A stretch of DNA of 64,000 nucleotides, from positions 4,510-68,509 of the forward strand of contig LQMQ01000005.1 in assembly GCA_001515205.2 (NCBI GenBank), given 5' to 3'. Origin of the DNA: Candidatus Hadarchaeum yellowstonense. Lineage in GTDB: Archaea > Hadarchaeota > Hadarchaeia > Hadarchaeales > Hadarchaeaceae. Numbering within the stretch: the first letter of the stretch is position 1; the number at the start of each line of letters is the position of its first letter. Below are positions 8,650 through 17,721 of the stretch, one piece after another. The notes under the pieces were generated by a model that saw only the letters and a list, made by a program, of their open reading frames with translations, had not been told where the DNA came from and did not search any database. Both the position numbers and the translations under genes were made by a program.

Positions 8650-9864
8650 GTGGCGGGGAAAGGAAGAACGAGGGGAAAGGGGGCAAGGAAAGAGCCCCAG
8701 CGTGCACCAGTTGCCGGGTCGCGGCTCCCGGGAGGTGGTTTTGATTTAATAACTCCGGGAGAGCACCTGTGCTGCTTTTACCGGGGAAAAAAAGAGGAAT
8801 ACTCCATCACCATCCCCTTCTTCTTGGCCGGTCTCCGGAACAACGAGAAGTGCATTTACATCCTTGACGACAACACCAGAGAAGAGGTCATCCAGGAGTT
8901 CAAAACACATGAACCCAAAATTGAGGGCTACCTCCGGTCAAAGCAACTGGAGCTGCTGAGCAGCGACGAGACCTATCTCCGGGAAGGTTATTTTGATCCC
9001 GAAAAAATGGTGGAGCTGCTGAAACAGAACGAGGAAAGAGCCCTCGGAGAAGGATACAGGGGGTTGAGGGCCTCGGGGCAGATGAGCTGGGCGCTGAGAA
9101 AGAGCCCCGGTGTGGAAAGGCTTGTGGAGTATGAGTCAAGGCTGAACCGCTTCTTTCCCGGCAGCAAGACCTCCGCCATCTGCCTCTACGATGAAAGCAA
9201 ATTCGAACCCAAGATTTTACACGACATCATCCTGGTGCATCCCAAAATTATCATCAAGGGACTCGTCTGCAAAAACCATCGCTATGTGCCACCGGATGAT
9301 TTTATGGCGATCTCTCAGGGAAAGATAAGTCGCAGAATTTACGAAAGGATCAGGGATGATATCTACGACCGGGAGATGGCCGAAATAGAGCACAAAAAAG
9401 CGGAAGAGGCGTTGCGAGAGAGCGAGGAAAGATTTCGCATGCTTGTTGAGACGATGAACGAGGGACTATGCGTGTTGGATGAGAAGGGCAACATCACCTA
9501 TGTGAACGAAAGGTTCTGCAAAATGATGGGTTACTCGCGCGAGGAGTTGATCGGGCGCCGGATGATAGATTTTGTGGATAGCGAATATGTTAAGGTTTTT
9601 GAAGAAAATTTCAGCAGGGAAAAGAAAGGTGAACACAGGTCCTATGAACTCGTGCGGATCAGGAAGGACGGTCAGAAAATACATACCATTACCTCGGCGG
9701 CACCGATTTTTGACCCGGACGGACATTTCAAGGGCGCCTTCGCCGTCGTCACCGATATTACCGAACTCAAAAAATGGAGCAGGCGCTGCGGGAGAGCGAG
9801 GAGAAGTACCGCTCGCTGGTGGAGTACTCCGCCGATTCCATCTACATGCTCGACCGGGAGCTGA
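8650..9864 (+). CDS. Sensor protein, N-terminal part: MEDS domain plus PAS domain. It probably forms one gene with 9774..11891, interrupted by a frameshift.
   Basis: 404 aa with a GTG start. The MEDS-like stretch is GEHLCCFYRGKKEEY...CIYILDD...ICLYDE, followed by a PAS domain (EERFRMLVETMNEGLCVLDEKGNITYVNERF). The last ~30 aa (WSRRCGRARRSTARWW...) look like out-of-frame sequence. Confidence 0.7.
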   Translation: MAGKGRTRGKGARKEPQRAPVAGSRLPGGGFDLITPGEHLCCFYRGKKEEYSITIPFFLAGLRNNEKCIYILDDNTREEVIQEFKTHEPKIEGYLRSKQLELLSSDETYLREGYFDPEKMVELLKQNEERALGEGYRGLRASGQMSWALRKSPGVERLVEYESRLNRFFPGSKTSAICLYDESKFEPKILHDIILVHPKIIIKGLVCKNHRYVPPDDFMAISQGKISRRIYERIRDDIYDREMAEIEHKKAEEALRESEERFRMLVETMNEGLCVLDEKGNITYVNERFCKMMGYSREELIGRRMIDFVDSEYVKVFEENFSREKKGEHRSYELVRIRKDGQKIHTITSAAPIFDPDGHFKGAFAVVTDITELKKWSRRCGRARRSTARWWSTPPIPSTCSTGS

Positions 9865-11891
9865 GATATCTCTCTGTCAACGAGGAGCTGCTGAGGAGGC
9901 TCGGCCTGCCCCGGGAGAAAGTTTTGGGTAGAAAATTTGAGGAACTTCACACCGCCGAGGAAACTAGGGAGTTCGCGGCAAAGGCGAGGGAGGTCTTTGA
10001 GACGGGCCGGGTCGTGCAGCAGGAGCATTACCATGAGCGGCTGGGTAGGTTTTTCCTCAGGACCATCAGCCCGGTCAGGGACCCGAAGACCGGAGAGGTC
10101 CGGGCGATCACCGTTGTCGGGAAGGACATCACCCCGCTGAAACAGGCCGAGGAGAAACTCAGAAAATCTGAGGAGGAATATCGAAGCCTCGCTGAAAACG
10201 TCGCCGACATTCTCCTCCGCATAGACCTGAAGGGGAACTGCACCTACATCAGCAAAAATGTTCAGGAGGAAACGGGGTACACCCTAGAAGAGGTCAAGAA
10301 GATGAACATCAAGGACATTCTCACGCCTGAATCTTACCGGACCGCTCTAAACAGGATAAAAATGTGGCAGGGAGGCGCCAGAAGCTTGCCCCCCTATGTG
10401 GTCGAAGTCAAGCTTAAAGACGGCAGGATAGTCCCCTTCGAGCTGAAGACCTCTCCAATCTTTGAAAACGGTGAACTGAAAGGTTTCCAGATCGTGGCCC
10501 GCAACATCGCCGAACGTGCAGAGGCCACGCGGGCCCTGCAGCAGGCGCGCGCCTACGCGGAGTCCATTGTGGAGACGGTGCATGAGCCCCTCTTGGTGCT
10601 CGACGCCGAAATGAGGGTGATCTCAGCCAACCGCGCCTTCTACGAGCTTTTCAAAGTAAGCCCCGAGGAAACGGAAAAGCGCTCGCTATACGAGCTGGGC
10701 AACCGGCAGTGGGACATCCCCGAGCTGCGGAGGCTCTTGAAAGACGTGGTGGAGAAAAACGCCTCCTTCCAGGAATACGTGGTTGTGCATGACTTCCCCC
10801 TCATCGGCAGGAGGATCATGATGCTGAGAGCCCGGCAGATGCGAACGGCGGCGGAAGGGAAGCCGATGATCCTGCTGGCCATTGAAGACGTTACCGAGCG
10901 CCAGATGATGGAAACTCAGCTCAAGCGCAGCATCGACATTCAAACCGCAATTATCTCCCTGCTGAGCATCCCCCTGAAGTACTCCCTAGAAGAGATATTG
11001 AAGCGTTCCTTGGATGTCGTCCTCTCCATCTCCTGGCTCGGCTTTGAATCTCGGGGCGCCATCTTCCTCTTTGACGAGAAGCAAAATGCCCTGGTGCTGA
11101 AAGCGCAAAGAAAGCTGCCTGAACCTCTGCAGAGAACCTGCGCCCTAGTTCCGGTCGGCAAATGCCTCTGCGGGAAAGCCGCGGCAACCAAGAAGATAAT
11201 CTTCGCCGATCACGTGGACGAAAATCACGAGACCAGCTATGAGGGAATTACCCCGCACGGACATTACTGCGTCCCGATTCTATCGGACGACAAGCTCATG
11301 GGCGTGCTTAACATTTACGTCAAAGAAGGGCACCGCCGGGAGGAAACCGAGGAAGATTTTCTTAAGGCAATTGCCAACGCCCTGGCGCTGATCATCGCGC
11401 GCAAGAACTTCGAAAGAGAGCAGCTGGAGTTCATCTACAGGACCAACGAGCTCTCCCGCGGTGAGTGCTATCTGCACCGCTCCCACCGGGCGGCCTACAA
11501 CATCGCCGCCCAGCTCATGATGCTAGGCGTCCCCGGCATTTGCTTCACCCGGGAGGCACCGGAAAAGGTCATGGACGCCGGGATCCCCAAAGAAAGCATC
11601 ATCTTGATTTCCTCCGTGCCTCTGAAGGGATTTGAGACCACGGACAACCTTCAAGAAATCAGCATGAGGATCTCGGAGTTCATCAAGAACAACCGAGAAT
11701 CAATTGTGCTGCTGGACGGAATAGAATACCTGATGAGTCGTTTTGGATTTGACATGGTGTACAAATTCCTGCAGGAGAAGCGCTTTAATTTCATCGACAG
11801 CGATGCCGTTTTCCTGTTGCCCGTTGACCTGGCCGTCTTCAGCGAGAGGGAGCGGGCCCTCCTCGCCAGTGAAATAAAAATCATCGGTTAA
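9774..11891 (+). CDS. Sensor protein, C-terminal part: three PAS-type domains, a GAF domain and a DUF835-like output domain
   Basis: 705 aa. It starts with the PAS linker MEQALRESEEKYRSLVEYSADSIYMLD. Two further linker-PAS units follow (AEEKLRKSEEEYRSLAE; ATRALQQARAYAESIVETVHEPLLVLD). A GAF-like segment is present (GAIFLFDEK...CLCGKAA). The C-terminus GICFTRE...IVLLDGIEYL is typical of DUF835. Confidence 0.8.
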   Translation: MEQALRESEEKYRSLVEYSADSIYMLDRELRYLSVNEELLRRLGLPREKVLGRKFEELHTAEETREFAAKAREVFETGRVVQQEHYHERLGRFFLRTISPVRDPKTGEVRAITVVGKDITPLKQAEEKLRKSEEEYRSLAENVADILLRIDLKGNCTYISKNVQEETGYTLEEVKKMNIKDILTPESYRTALNRIKMWQGGARSLPPYVVEVKLKDGRIVPFELKTSPIFENGELKGFQIVARNIAERAEATRALQQARAYAESIVETVHEPLLVLDAEMRVISANRAFYELFKVSPEETEKRSLYELGNRQWDIPELRRLLKDVVEKNASFQEYVVVHDFPLIGRRIMMLRARQMRTAAEGKPMILLAIEDVTERQMMETQLKRSIDIQTAIISLLSIPLKYSLEEILKRSLDVVLSISWLGFESRGAIFLFDEKQNALVLKAQRKLPEPLQRTCALVPVGKCLCGKAAATKKIIFADHVDENHETSYEGITPHGHYCVPILSDDKLMGVLNIYVKEGHRREETEEDFLKAIANALALIIARKNFEREQLEFIYRTNELSRGECYLHRSHRAAYNIAAQLMMLGVPGICFTREAPEKVMDAGIPKESIILISSVPLKGFETTDNLQEISMRISEFIKNNRESIVLLDGIEYLMSRFGFDMVYKFLQEKRFNFIDSDAVFLLPVDLAVFSERERALLASEIKIIG

Positions 11892-11937
11892 ACGCCTGCG
11901 CTGAAACCTCAAAAAAGCCGCTGATGAAGGGGCAAAA

Positions 11938-12372
11938 CTATTTTCCGGTAAACTCCTTGTTCACCTTAAGTATATTGGTCCTGAAGTAGCGCTCCTTGGT
12001 TATGGCTTGCTTTCTCTCAAGATTTTTCACCAGAGCGCTCAGTTTTGATTTCGACATGTCGAGCTCGCGCCTGAGCTTGTCCTGATAGGCCACGCCTTTG
12101 GACCGCAGGATCGCCTCAAAAACGCGGCGCTCGTCTTCGGTGAGAGTCATCAGGGCGACGCGCATTGCCCGTTCCGAGGCATATTTTTTAAAAACAAGGG
12201 TCAGAGCCGCGGCCACCCCACCGGCAACACCGGCCATGATGCCAACAGCCACCAACACCGTGTAGATGTCGAGGACCGGTGAGAGCTGCAGGATGCTGTA
12301 CAGCAGCAAGCCGATGAACAGCTGGAGCACGATCACCAGTGCCACGATTCCAAAGGCCTCTCTGATGGTCAT
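11938..12372 (-). CDS. Membrane-anchored winged-helix transcriptional regulator-like protein
   Basis: 144 aa. It has two N-terminal TM helices, then ERRVFEAILRSKGVAYQDKLRRELDMSKSKLSALVKNLERKQAITK (wHTH). Confidence 0.65.
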   Translation of the reverse strand: MTIREAFGIVALVIVLQLFIGLLLYSILQLSPVLDIYTVLVAVGIMAGVAGGVAAALTLVFKKYASERAMRVALMTLTEDERRVFEAILRSKGVAYQDKLRRELDMSKSKLSALVKNLERKQAITKERYFRTNILKVNKEFTGK

Positions 12373-12662
12373 CGGTCAGAACTACGCTAAGGAAGGTATA
12401 AATGCTTCGAACCAAGATCCGGCATAATAACTTTTCCGACCAAAGTTAATCCCTGTTTCAAAAATAATTTGAGATTTTTTACAGCTGTTTTAAGCAAAAA
12501 AAGAAAAATAAAAGGATTATGAACGGTAATAACGGTTGGACAGCCTTTAAAAACTTTAAAAAGAAGATTTTTAATTTTTCAAAATGCAAAATAAACCGTT
12601 TCGGGAGATTTGTTAAATACCTATTTTACCGAGTTCTTTCGGAAACAACCAAAGGTGACCAG

Positions 12663-13718
12663 ATGTCCAGGATGGGAAAAGCGGGCGTGGCAGCGGCGGT
12701 CGTACTGGTAATCATGGCAGCGTCAATCGGAGGAGCTATGGCCACACCCCTGATTGCCGACGCCATCGGTGCCCCTCCCGACTCGCCCCTTTACGGTCTG
12801 AAGCGGCTGGGGGAGAAAATGAGGCTGGCCAGCGACGAAGAGCAGATGCAGAGGAGATGGGAGGAATATTCCCAGATGGTGAACCGAGGAAAAGGCCTGG
12901 AGTACGTCGCCCTTCTGGAAGAATTCAGGGAAAAGGTGAAAATGGTGGCTCCGGCTGATGTTGAGGCCAAAACTGGTGCCGTGCAATGGCTGCAAACCCA
13001 AATGCCGGGCATCGGCCTCGTGGAGCTAAAGCTTGCCCAGGAGTGCACCATCAGATCCAGAAAATACGTGGAAAATCACCCGGGATTTCCTGAGGGTTTG
13101 GAAAATATCATCAGAATCCTGCAGGACTTGGAGCAGCAATATCAAAATGGAACCGACGAGTCGCGGGAGAATATTCTGGCCCAGCTGCGCTTGGTGATGG
13201 AACAGCTCCGAATGATGATCGCTCAGCTGAGAGGACAACTGCCCGGTGAACTGGGCAGATACTTTGACATCGACAACCTGCTCACGGACACCAGAATTGA
13301 CCTGGGCCTTCACATTGGCGGGGGATTCGGCCCCCCAATTGACAACAGAAGGCCGCACCCTGAAAACGCGGCCGAGAGCTTCTCAGAGTGGCTAGAAAAA
13401 TTCAATGCTCGAGTGGCCGAAGTTCAGGAGAAGCTGGAGGAAGTGCCGGAGAATACCCCCGGCAGGGAGATGGCGGAAAGCCAGCTTCAGATGGCGATCC
13501 AGCTCAGGGACGATGCCATCGCTGAAAACAGTGCCGGCAACTTGACAAAGGCGCTCTTCACGCTCAGGGCGGCCTTCGCCCGCCTTGATTGCGCCGGCAG
13601 AATTCTGGAGCAGGCGACGGAGTGGCTCCCGGGGCTTCTGCCTAGATTAGGTCCATGGGCAAACTTCCCCTCGCGAAAAATTCCGGCGGGCCCACCGATG
13701 GGGCCCTGGGGCTGGTGA
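12663..13718 (+). CDS. Signal-anchored helical protein of unknown function (N-terminal motif resembles DUF5667)
   Basis: The ATG at 12663 is preceded by AGGTGA. The N-terminal TM/signal is MSRMGKAGVAAAVVLVIMAASIGGAMA. The motif PDSPLYGLKRLGEKMRL follows. The rest is helical and Glu/Gln/Leu-rich. The ORF-track start at 12519 lies in an AT-rich promoter region. Confidence 0.6.
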   Translation: MSRMGKAGVAAAVVLVIMAASIGGAMATPLIADAIGAPPDSPLYGLKRLGEKMRLASDEEQMQRRWEEYSQMVNRGKGLEYVALLEEFREKVKMVAPADVEAKTGAVQWLQTQMPGIGLVELKLAQECTIRSRKYVENHPGFPEGLENIIRILQDLEQQYQNGTDESRENILAQLRLVMEQLRMMIAQLRGQLPGELGRYFDIDNLLTDTRIDLGLHIGGGFGPPIDNRRPHPENAAESFSEWLEKFNARVAEVQEKLEEVPENTPGREMAESQLQMAIQLRDDAIAENSAGNLTKALFTLRAAFARLDCAGRILEQATEWLPGLLPRLGPWANFPSRKIPAGPPMGPWGW

Positions 13719-13811
13719 AGAAGATGATGAAACTTCCCCCTGCGACGTCCGGTTTTCTAAGAGGAAATCTTCCGCCGGAAAGTTTGAAGCCACCGAAATG
13801 CTGGTGATTGG

Positions 13812-14585
13812 ATGAGGAAAAACAGAAAAACCACTTGGATCATCGTCCTCGTGGCAGCCTCAGCCTTCCTAGCTGGAACTCTATTTGGCTCTGCAATAAC
13901 AAACATCTGGCCAGCCCAAGGAACTCAGGCACACGTCATGGCGCTGGAGAACTCGAAAAGTGCCTCCATCGACATCGTGGCGGTAAGCTCCAGCGAAACT
14001 GGCGCGTTATTGAACCTGAACGTGGAGGTGAGGCCCGGCAGCGGTGAGATATATGTGAACACGGCACCTCTCGTGGAAGCAGATTTCCAGTATGCCCAGT
14101 GGATCGCGGTCAAGGTGGCCGCCGAATATCTTCAACTCCCGATTGATGACGACGGCGTCGGCATCAAAGGATTGGACATCATCTTTTCCGTTAGCTCCAA
14201 CGAACCGATCCAGCTGGTCGGAGGCCCGAGCGCTGGAGCAGCAATGACCGTGCTCACCATTGCCGTCTTGGACAACAAACAGGTAAAAAACAACATTGTC
14301 ATCACCGGAGAAATAAATGAGGACGGCAGCATCGGAAAGGTCGGTGGTTTGGTTGCCAAGCTTGAGGCGGCAGAGGCTGGCGGCAAGGATCTGTTCTTGG
14401 TGCCCCCGGGTCAATCAAAAGTCACCGTCTACAGTCAAGTCGCTCAAAAGGTGGGGCCGTTCACCAGGATCTTGCTTGTGCCAACTGTTATCGACCTGAA
14501 CCAGTACGCGGAAAACATGGGCTGGAGGATTAAGGTCCAAGAGGTCGCAACTATTCAAGAGGCTGTAGCACTCATGCTGGAATGA
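13812..14585 (+). CDS. Membrane-anchored Lon-protease-domain (S16) peptidase with no AAA+ module
   Basis: 257 aa with an N-terminal TM. The catalytic Ser motif is GGPSAGAAMTV. The sequence ITGEINEDGSIGKVGGLVAKLEAAEAGG matches the Lon Ser-Lys dyad region. Confidence 0.75.
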   Translation: MRKNRKTTWIIVLVAASAFLAGTLFGSAITNIWPAQGTQAHVMALENSKSASIDIVAVSSSETGALLNLNVEVRPGSGEIYVNTAPLVEADFQYAQWIAVKVAAEYLQLPIDDDGVGIKGLDIIFSVSSNEPIQLVGGPSAGAAMTVLTIAVLDNKQVKNNIVITGEINEDGSIGKVGGLVAKLEAAEAGGKDLFLVPPGQSKVTVYSQVAQKVGPFTRILLVPTVIDLNQYAENMGWRIKVQEVATIQEAVALMLE

Positions 14586-14656
14586 TTCTGAAATTCAAGT
14601 AACAATGAATCCAAACACTTTCGGGTCCACAGAAGAAAATGCCTCGATTAATACCT

Positions 14657-14992
14657 TCACGCCGATTGAAAAACGCGAAATATCCCCTTTTTCTTCATCA
14701 GGCTGCAGATGGCGCAGTAGCGCTTAATCACCTCGGCTTGGCTCAGCCTGCCGCTGGCCACATCGTCGGAGAGGTCCCGGATCTCCTTACCTACGACCTT
14801 CATCAGCTTTTTTTCCAGCCCACCCTTTCCCCTGAGCGCGCTTATGTACTGGCTGACCGCGGGCTGCGTGATCCCGAGCTTCTTCGCCACCTCCACCTGG
14901 CTCAGCTCGTAGCGCTTGATCAAATCCTTCACCACCATCGCCCTGATCGTCGGCAAGACCTGCCCGCTCACGATCTCGCACAGCGGCTTCAT
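14657..14992 (-). CDS. HTH transcriptional regulator (XRE-like, archaeal COG2522-type)
   Basis: 111 aa. HTH region: LSQVEVAKKLGITQPAVSQYI. Confidence 0.65.
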   Translation of the reverse strand: MKPLCEIVSGQVLPTIRAMVVKDLIKRYELSQVEVAKKLGITQPAVSQYISALRGKGGLEKKLMKVVGKEIRDLSDDVASGRLSQAEVIKRYCAICSLMKKKGIFRVFQSA

Positions 14993-15104
14993 CCCCTCAC
15001 CCCGTATTTCACTGATCCCAGCACTTATATAACCTTGTTATAAGCTTCACCGCGTTGAGATGCCTCTAAAAAATGATGGCGGGAACCAGAAGGAGCATGA
15101 TCAA

Positions 15105-15347
15105 CTAGGCCCCCAATTTTGCCTTCAGCCTCGCCCAGAATCCCGGCTTTTTCTCCGGAGACGTCTCTTCCTTTTGGGTCTCCACTTCCCCTTTGACCTC
15201 TTTCTCCGGGTTCAGATATTTGTAGACGGTGAGATAGGACAGATTGAGCTTCTTCGCGATATTTTGATAGGTCATGCCCTGGCTTCTTAGCTCCCGCATC
15301 CTTTTTACTGTTTCAGGAGTCACCTTCCTTCTTCTATCAGCTTTCAT
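15105..15347 (-). CDS. Small HTH protein with a charged tail
   Basis: 80 aa. TVKRMRELRSQGMTYQNIAKKLNLSYLTVYKYL resembles a resolvase/sigma-r4-type HTH. Confidence 0.55.
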   Translation of the reverse strand: MKADRRRKVTPETVKRMRELRSQGMTYQNIAKKLNLSYLTVYKYLNPEKEVKGEVETQKEETSPEKKPGFWARLKAKLGA

Positions 15348-15504
15348 AGTTTATCTTCTCCCCCTTTTCGTATATTTAATTTATGTTTCCTTTCTGTCAA
15401 TTTGTATCATTTAAGCCTATCTTCAAAATTGGCGGCGGAAAATCCTGTTTTGCCGGCACCGCAGATACTATATAGAATAAAAAATAATTTTTTAGCGGTG
15501 GGGC

Positions 15505-15978
15505 ATGGCGGAAGGGGGACGGTCTGGCAGCACCCTCATCGGACTCGGCGCTTTTCTGATATTCTTGGGAACACTGTTCTTCCTAGCGGTGTACCTCGGC
15601 TATTTGCAGAACCAAACCTGGATTTTCCCTTGGATTACCACTTACCGTGTGGCGCTGGGTGGCCTCATCCTGGGGCTGATCCTGCTGGCGGCGGGACTGT
15701 ACACAAGATCCGCCGTGAAAAGGTACGAACGAAGGCTCGAGGAACTTGAACAGGCGAGGAGACAGCAGGAGGCCCTCTTGAGGGCGAAGGCCATCGAACT
15801 CGGCAAGGCCCGGGCGGAAGCGGAGAGAAAGGCAATCGCCCTGAAGCTCACCCACGCCAGGCTGAAGAAGGCGAGGCTTAAGGCTGAGAAAAGGAAGCAA
15901 TCCCTGCTGAGGGTCCGTGGCAAGCTGGGAGAGCGCAGCAAACGACTGAAGAGGATACGCAAACTTGCCGAGGTCTGA
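15505..15978 (+). CDS. Membrane protein with an Arg/Lys-rich coiled-coil tail
   Basis: 157 aa. It has three predicted TM segments, then a heptad-like RRQQEALLRAKAIELGKARAEAERKAIALKL... Confidence 0.5.
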   Translation: MAEGGRSGSTLIGLGAFLIFLGTLFFLAVYLGYLQNQTWIFPWITTYRVALGGLILGLILLAAGLYTRSAVKRYERRLEELEQARRQQEALLRAKAIELGKARAEAERKAIALKLTHARLKKARLKAEKRKQSLLRVRGKLGERSKRLKRIRKLAEV

Positions 15979-16087
15979 GCCGGGAACGTGCGCGGGAAAG
16001 AAAACGCGCGATCAGTGGTGATCATCTTTTGTATTTTGAAGTTAATGATAAAAACGTGAAAGTTAAATTTTCATTGTCTCCTAAAAG

Positions 16088-16345
16088 ATGGTGCAAATGA
16101 CCGTTCGCGTCAAAGTCGAACTCATGCCGGGTCTCAGGCCCGTGAGAAAGGAAAACCCTTTTGAGTTGGAGCTTTCTCCCGAGACCAGCCTGAGGGCAAT
16201 GCTCCTGCAGGTGGGATTCAAGGAAGAGGAAATCGAGCATCTCCGGGTCTTCGTCAACGAAAGGCTTGCCCCGCTGAACAAAACGTTAAAGGATGGAGAC
16301 AGTATTTGGATTGGGGTCGTGATGGGGGGAGGAGATCATCCTTAG
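16088..16345 (+). CDS. MoaD/ThiS-family ubiquitin-like beta-grasp protein with a C-terminal extension past the Gly-Gly
   Basis: 85 aa. It ends ...DGDSIWIGVVMGGGDHP*, whereas the family normally ends at GG. It lies immediately upstream of the molybdoenzyme genes. TAG stop. Confidence 0.6.
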   Translation: MVQMTVRVKVELMPGLRPVRKENPFELELSPETSLRAMLLQVGFKEEEIEHLRVFVNERLAPLNKTLKDGDSIWIGVVMGGGDHP

Positions 16346-16409
16346 CACAAACAACAGGATCCTGCTGTGCGATTTCGAATATTTTGAACCCGAAACCATC
16401 CCGGAAGCG

Positions 16410-17258
16410 GTGGCCCTGCTCTCCAGATATGGGGACAAGGCCAAACTGATCGCCGGCGGCACCGACCTGCTGGTGGATATGAAGAATGAAAAAATCAATC
16501 CCCAGTACCTAATCAGCCTCATGAAAATCACCGGCCTGAGTTATATCGCGGAGGAGGGTGATGTCCTCAGGATCGGCGCCACGACGACCCTTCGAGAGCT
16601 GGAAGAATCCCAGATTATCGAAAAAAGATACGGCCTCATCAGCAAGGCGGTAAAGTGTCTGGGAACGGTTCAGATCCGGAACATGGCCACCATCGGGGGA
16701 AACATCTGCAACGCGGTTCCCTCCGCCGACCTGCCGCCGGCGCTGGTGGCCCTGAACGCGACGTTAAAGATCGTGGGACCAAACGGCGAGAGAACGATGC
16801 CGCTGGAGGATTTCTTCGCCGGGGTGAAAAAAACCAAGCTGAGCGTCGGCGAGCTGTTGAAGGAGATCATCGTCGAAAGGCCGCCAGCGCGTTCAGGAAC
16901 GGCATTCATCAAGCTGTCCCGGACGGCGGAGGATCTGGCCATCGTGAACGTTGCCGTTAGAATTACCCTGAACGAGGACGACACCTGCAGGGAGGCGAGG
17001 ATCGTGATCGGCGGTGGCGTGGGTCCCACTTTAATCCGATCGAGGGAAGCGGAAAAACTCCTCCTGGGCAAGAAAATGGAGGAAGAGCTGGTCAAAAGGG
17101 CCGCTGAAGTCGCCTGTACAGGTTTCAGCTGCCGCCCCACCTCAATTCGGGCCTCACCGGAGTACAAGGCGGAGGTGGGCAGGGTTCTGGTAAAACGGGC
17201 ACTGCTTGAGGCCCTGAAAAAAGCCGGGGGCGTGGTGGAGGATGATGAAAGAAATTGA
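16410..17258 (+). CDS. Xanthine dehydrogenase-family molybdoenzyme, FAD-binding medium subunit (CoxM/XdhB-like). The true start is probably upstream of 16410.
   Basis: AKLIAGGTDLLVDMK and TIGGNICNA are FAD-binding PCMH motifs. The in-frame upstream peptide CDFEYFEPETIPEAV matches the conserved N-terminal strand, but has no ATG, GTG or TTG back to the stop at 16320. Confidence 0.8.
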   Translation: MALLSRYGDKAKLIAGGTDLLVDMKNEKINPQYLISLMKITGLSYIAEEGDVLRIGATTTLRELEESQIIEKRYGLISKAVKCLGTVQIRNMATIGGNICNAVPSADLPPALVALNATLKIVGPNGERTMPLEDFFAGVKKTKLSVGELLKEIIVERPPARSGTAFIKLSRTAEDLAIVNVAVRITLNEDDTCREARIVIGGGVGPTLIRSREAEKLLLGKKMEEELVKRAAEVACTGFSCRPTSIRASPEYKAEVGRVLVKRALLEALKKAGGVVEDDERN

Positions 17259-17721
17259 ATTCACCATCAACGGGAGAAAGAAGAGAATCGCCGTCAGGCC
17301 AAAGGACCTGCTGCTCAACGTGATCCGGGAGGAGCTAGGCCTGAAGGGAACCAAATATGGTTGCGGCACCGGCGAGTGCGGCGCCTGCACCGTGCTTCTG
17401 GACGGGAGGCCCATCCTGTCCTGCCTCACCCTGGCCGTGGCCGTCAATGGAAAAAGCATAACGACCATTGAGGGCATCGGGACGGACGAACATCTTCACC
17501 CTATTCAGCAGGCATTCATTGACGCCGGGGCCATCCAGTGCGGCTACTGCACTCCGGGGATGATCCTTTCGGCGAAGGCGCTGCTGGACAAAAACCCGAA
17601 CCCCAGTGAGGAGGAGATCAAAGAGGCGATAAAGGGAAACCTCTGCCGCTGCACCGGATACGTCAAGATCATCGCGGCCATCCAGCTGGCCGCCAAGCGC
17701 ATGAGAGGTGAAAGAGTATGA
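17242..17721 (+). CDS. Xanthine dehydrogenase-family molybdoenzyme, [2Fe-2S] small subunit (CoxS-like)
   Basis: 159 aa. Motifs GCGTGECGACTVLLDG and CGYCTPG...CRCTGY. Confidence 0.9.
   Translation: MMKEIEFTINGRKKRIAVRPKDLLLNVIREELGLKGTKYGCGTGECGACTVLLDGRPILSCLTLAVAVNGKSITTIEGIGTDEHLHPIQQAFIDAGAIQCGYCTPGMILSAKALLDKNPNPSEEEIKEAIKGNLCRCTGYVKIIAAIQLAAKRMRGERV

Noticed and set aside
8282-8707. A 141-aa minus-strand ORF between tRNA-Cys and the MEDS sensor gene
   Set aside because: Its 5' end overlaps the sensor gene start and there is no recognisable family. Only the last ~43 aa (from the Met at 8413) look like a TM helix. The evidence is too weak to call a gene.
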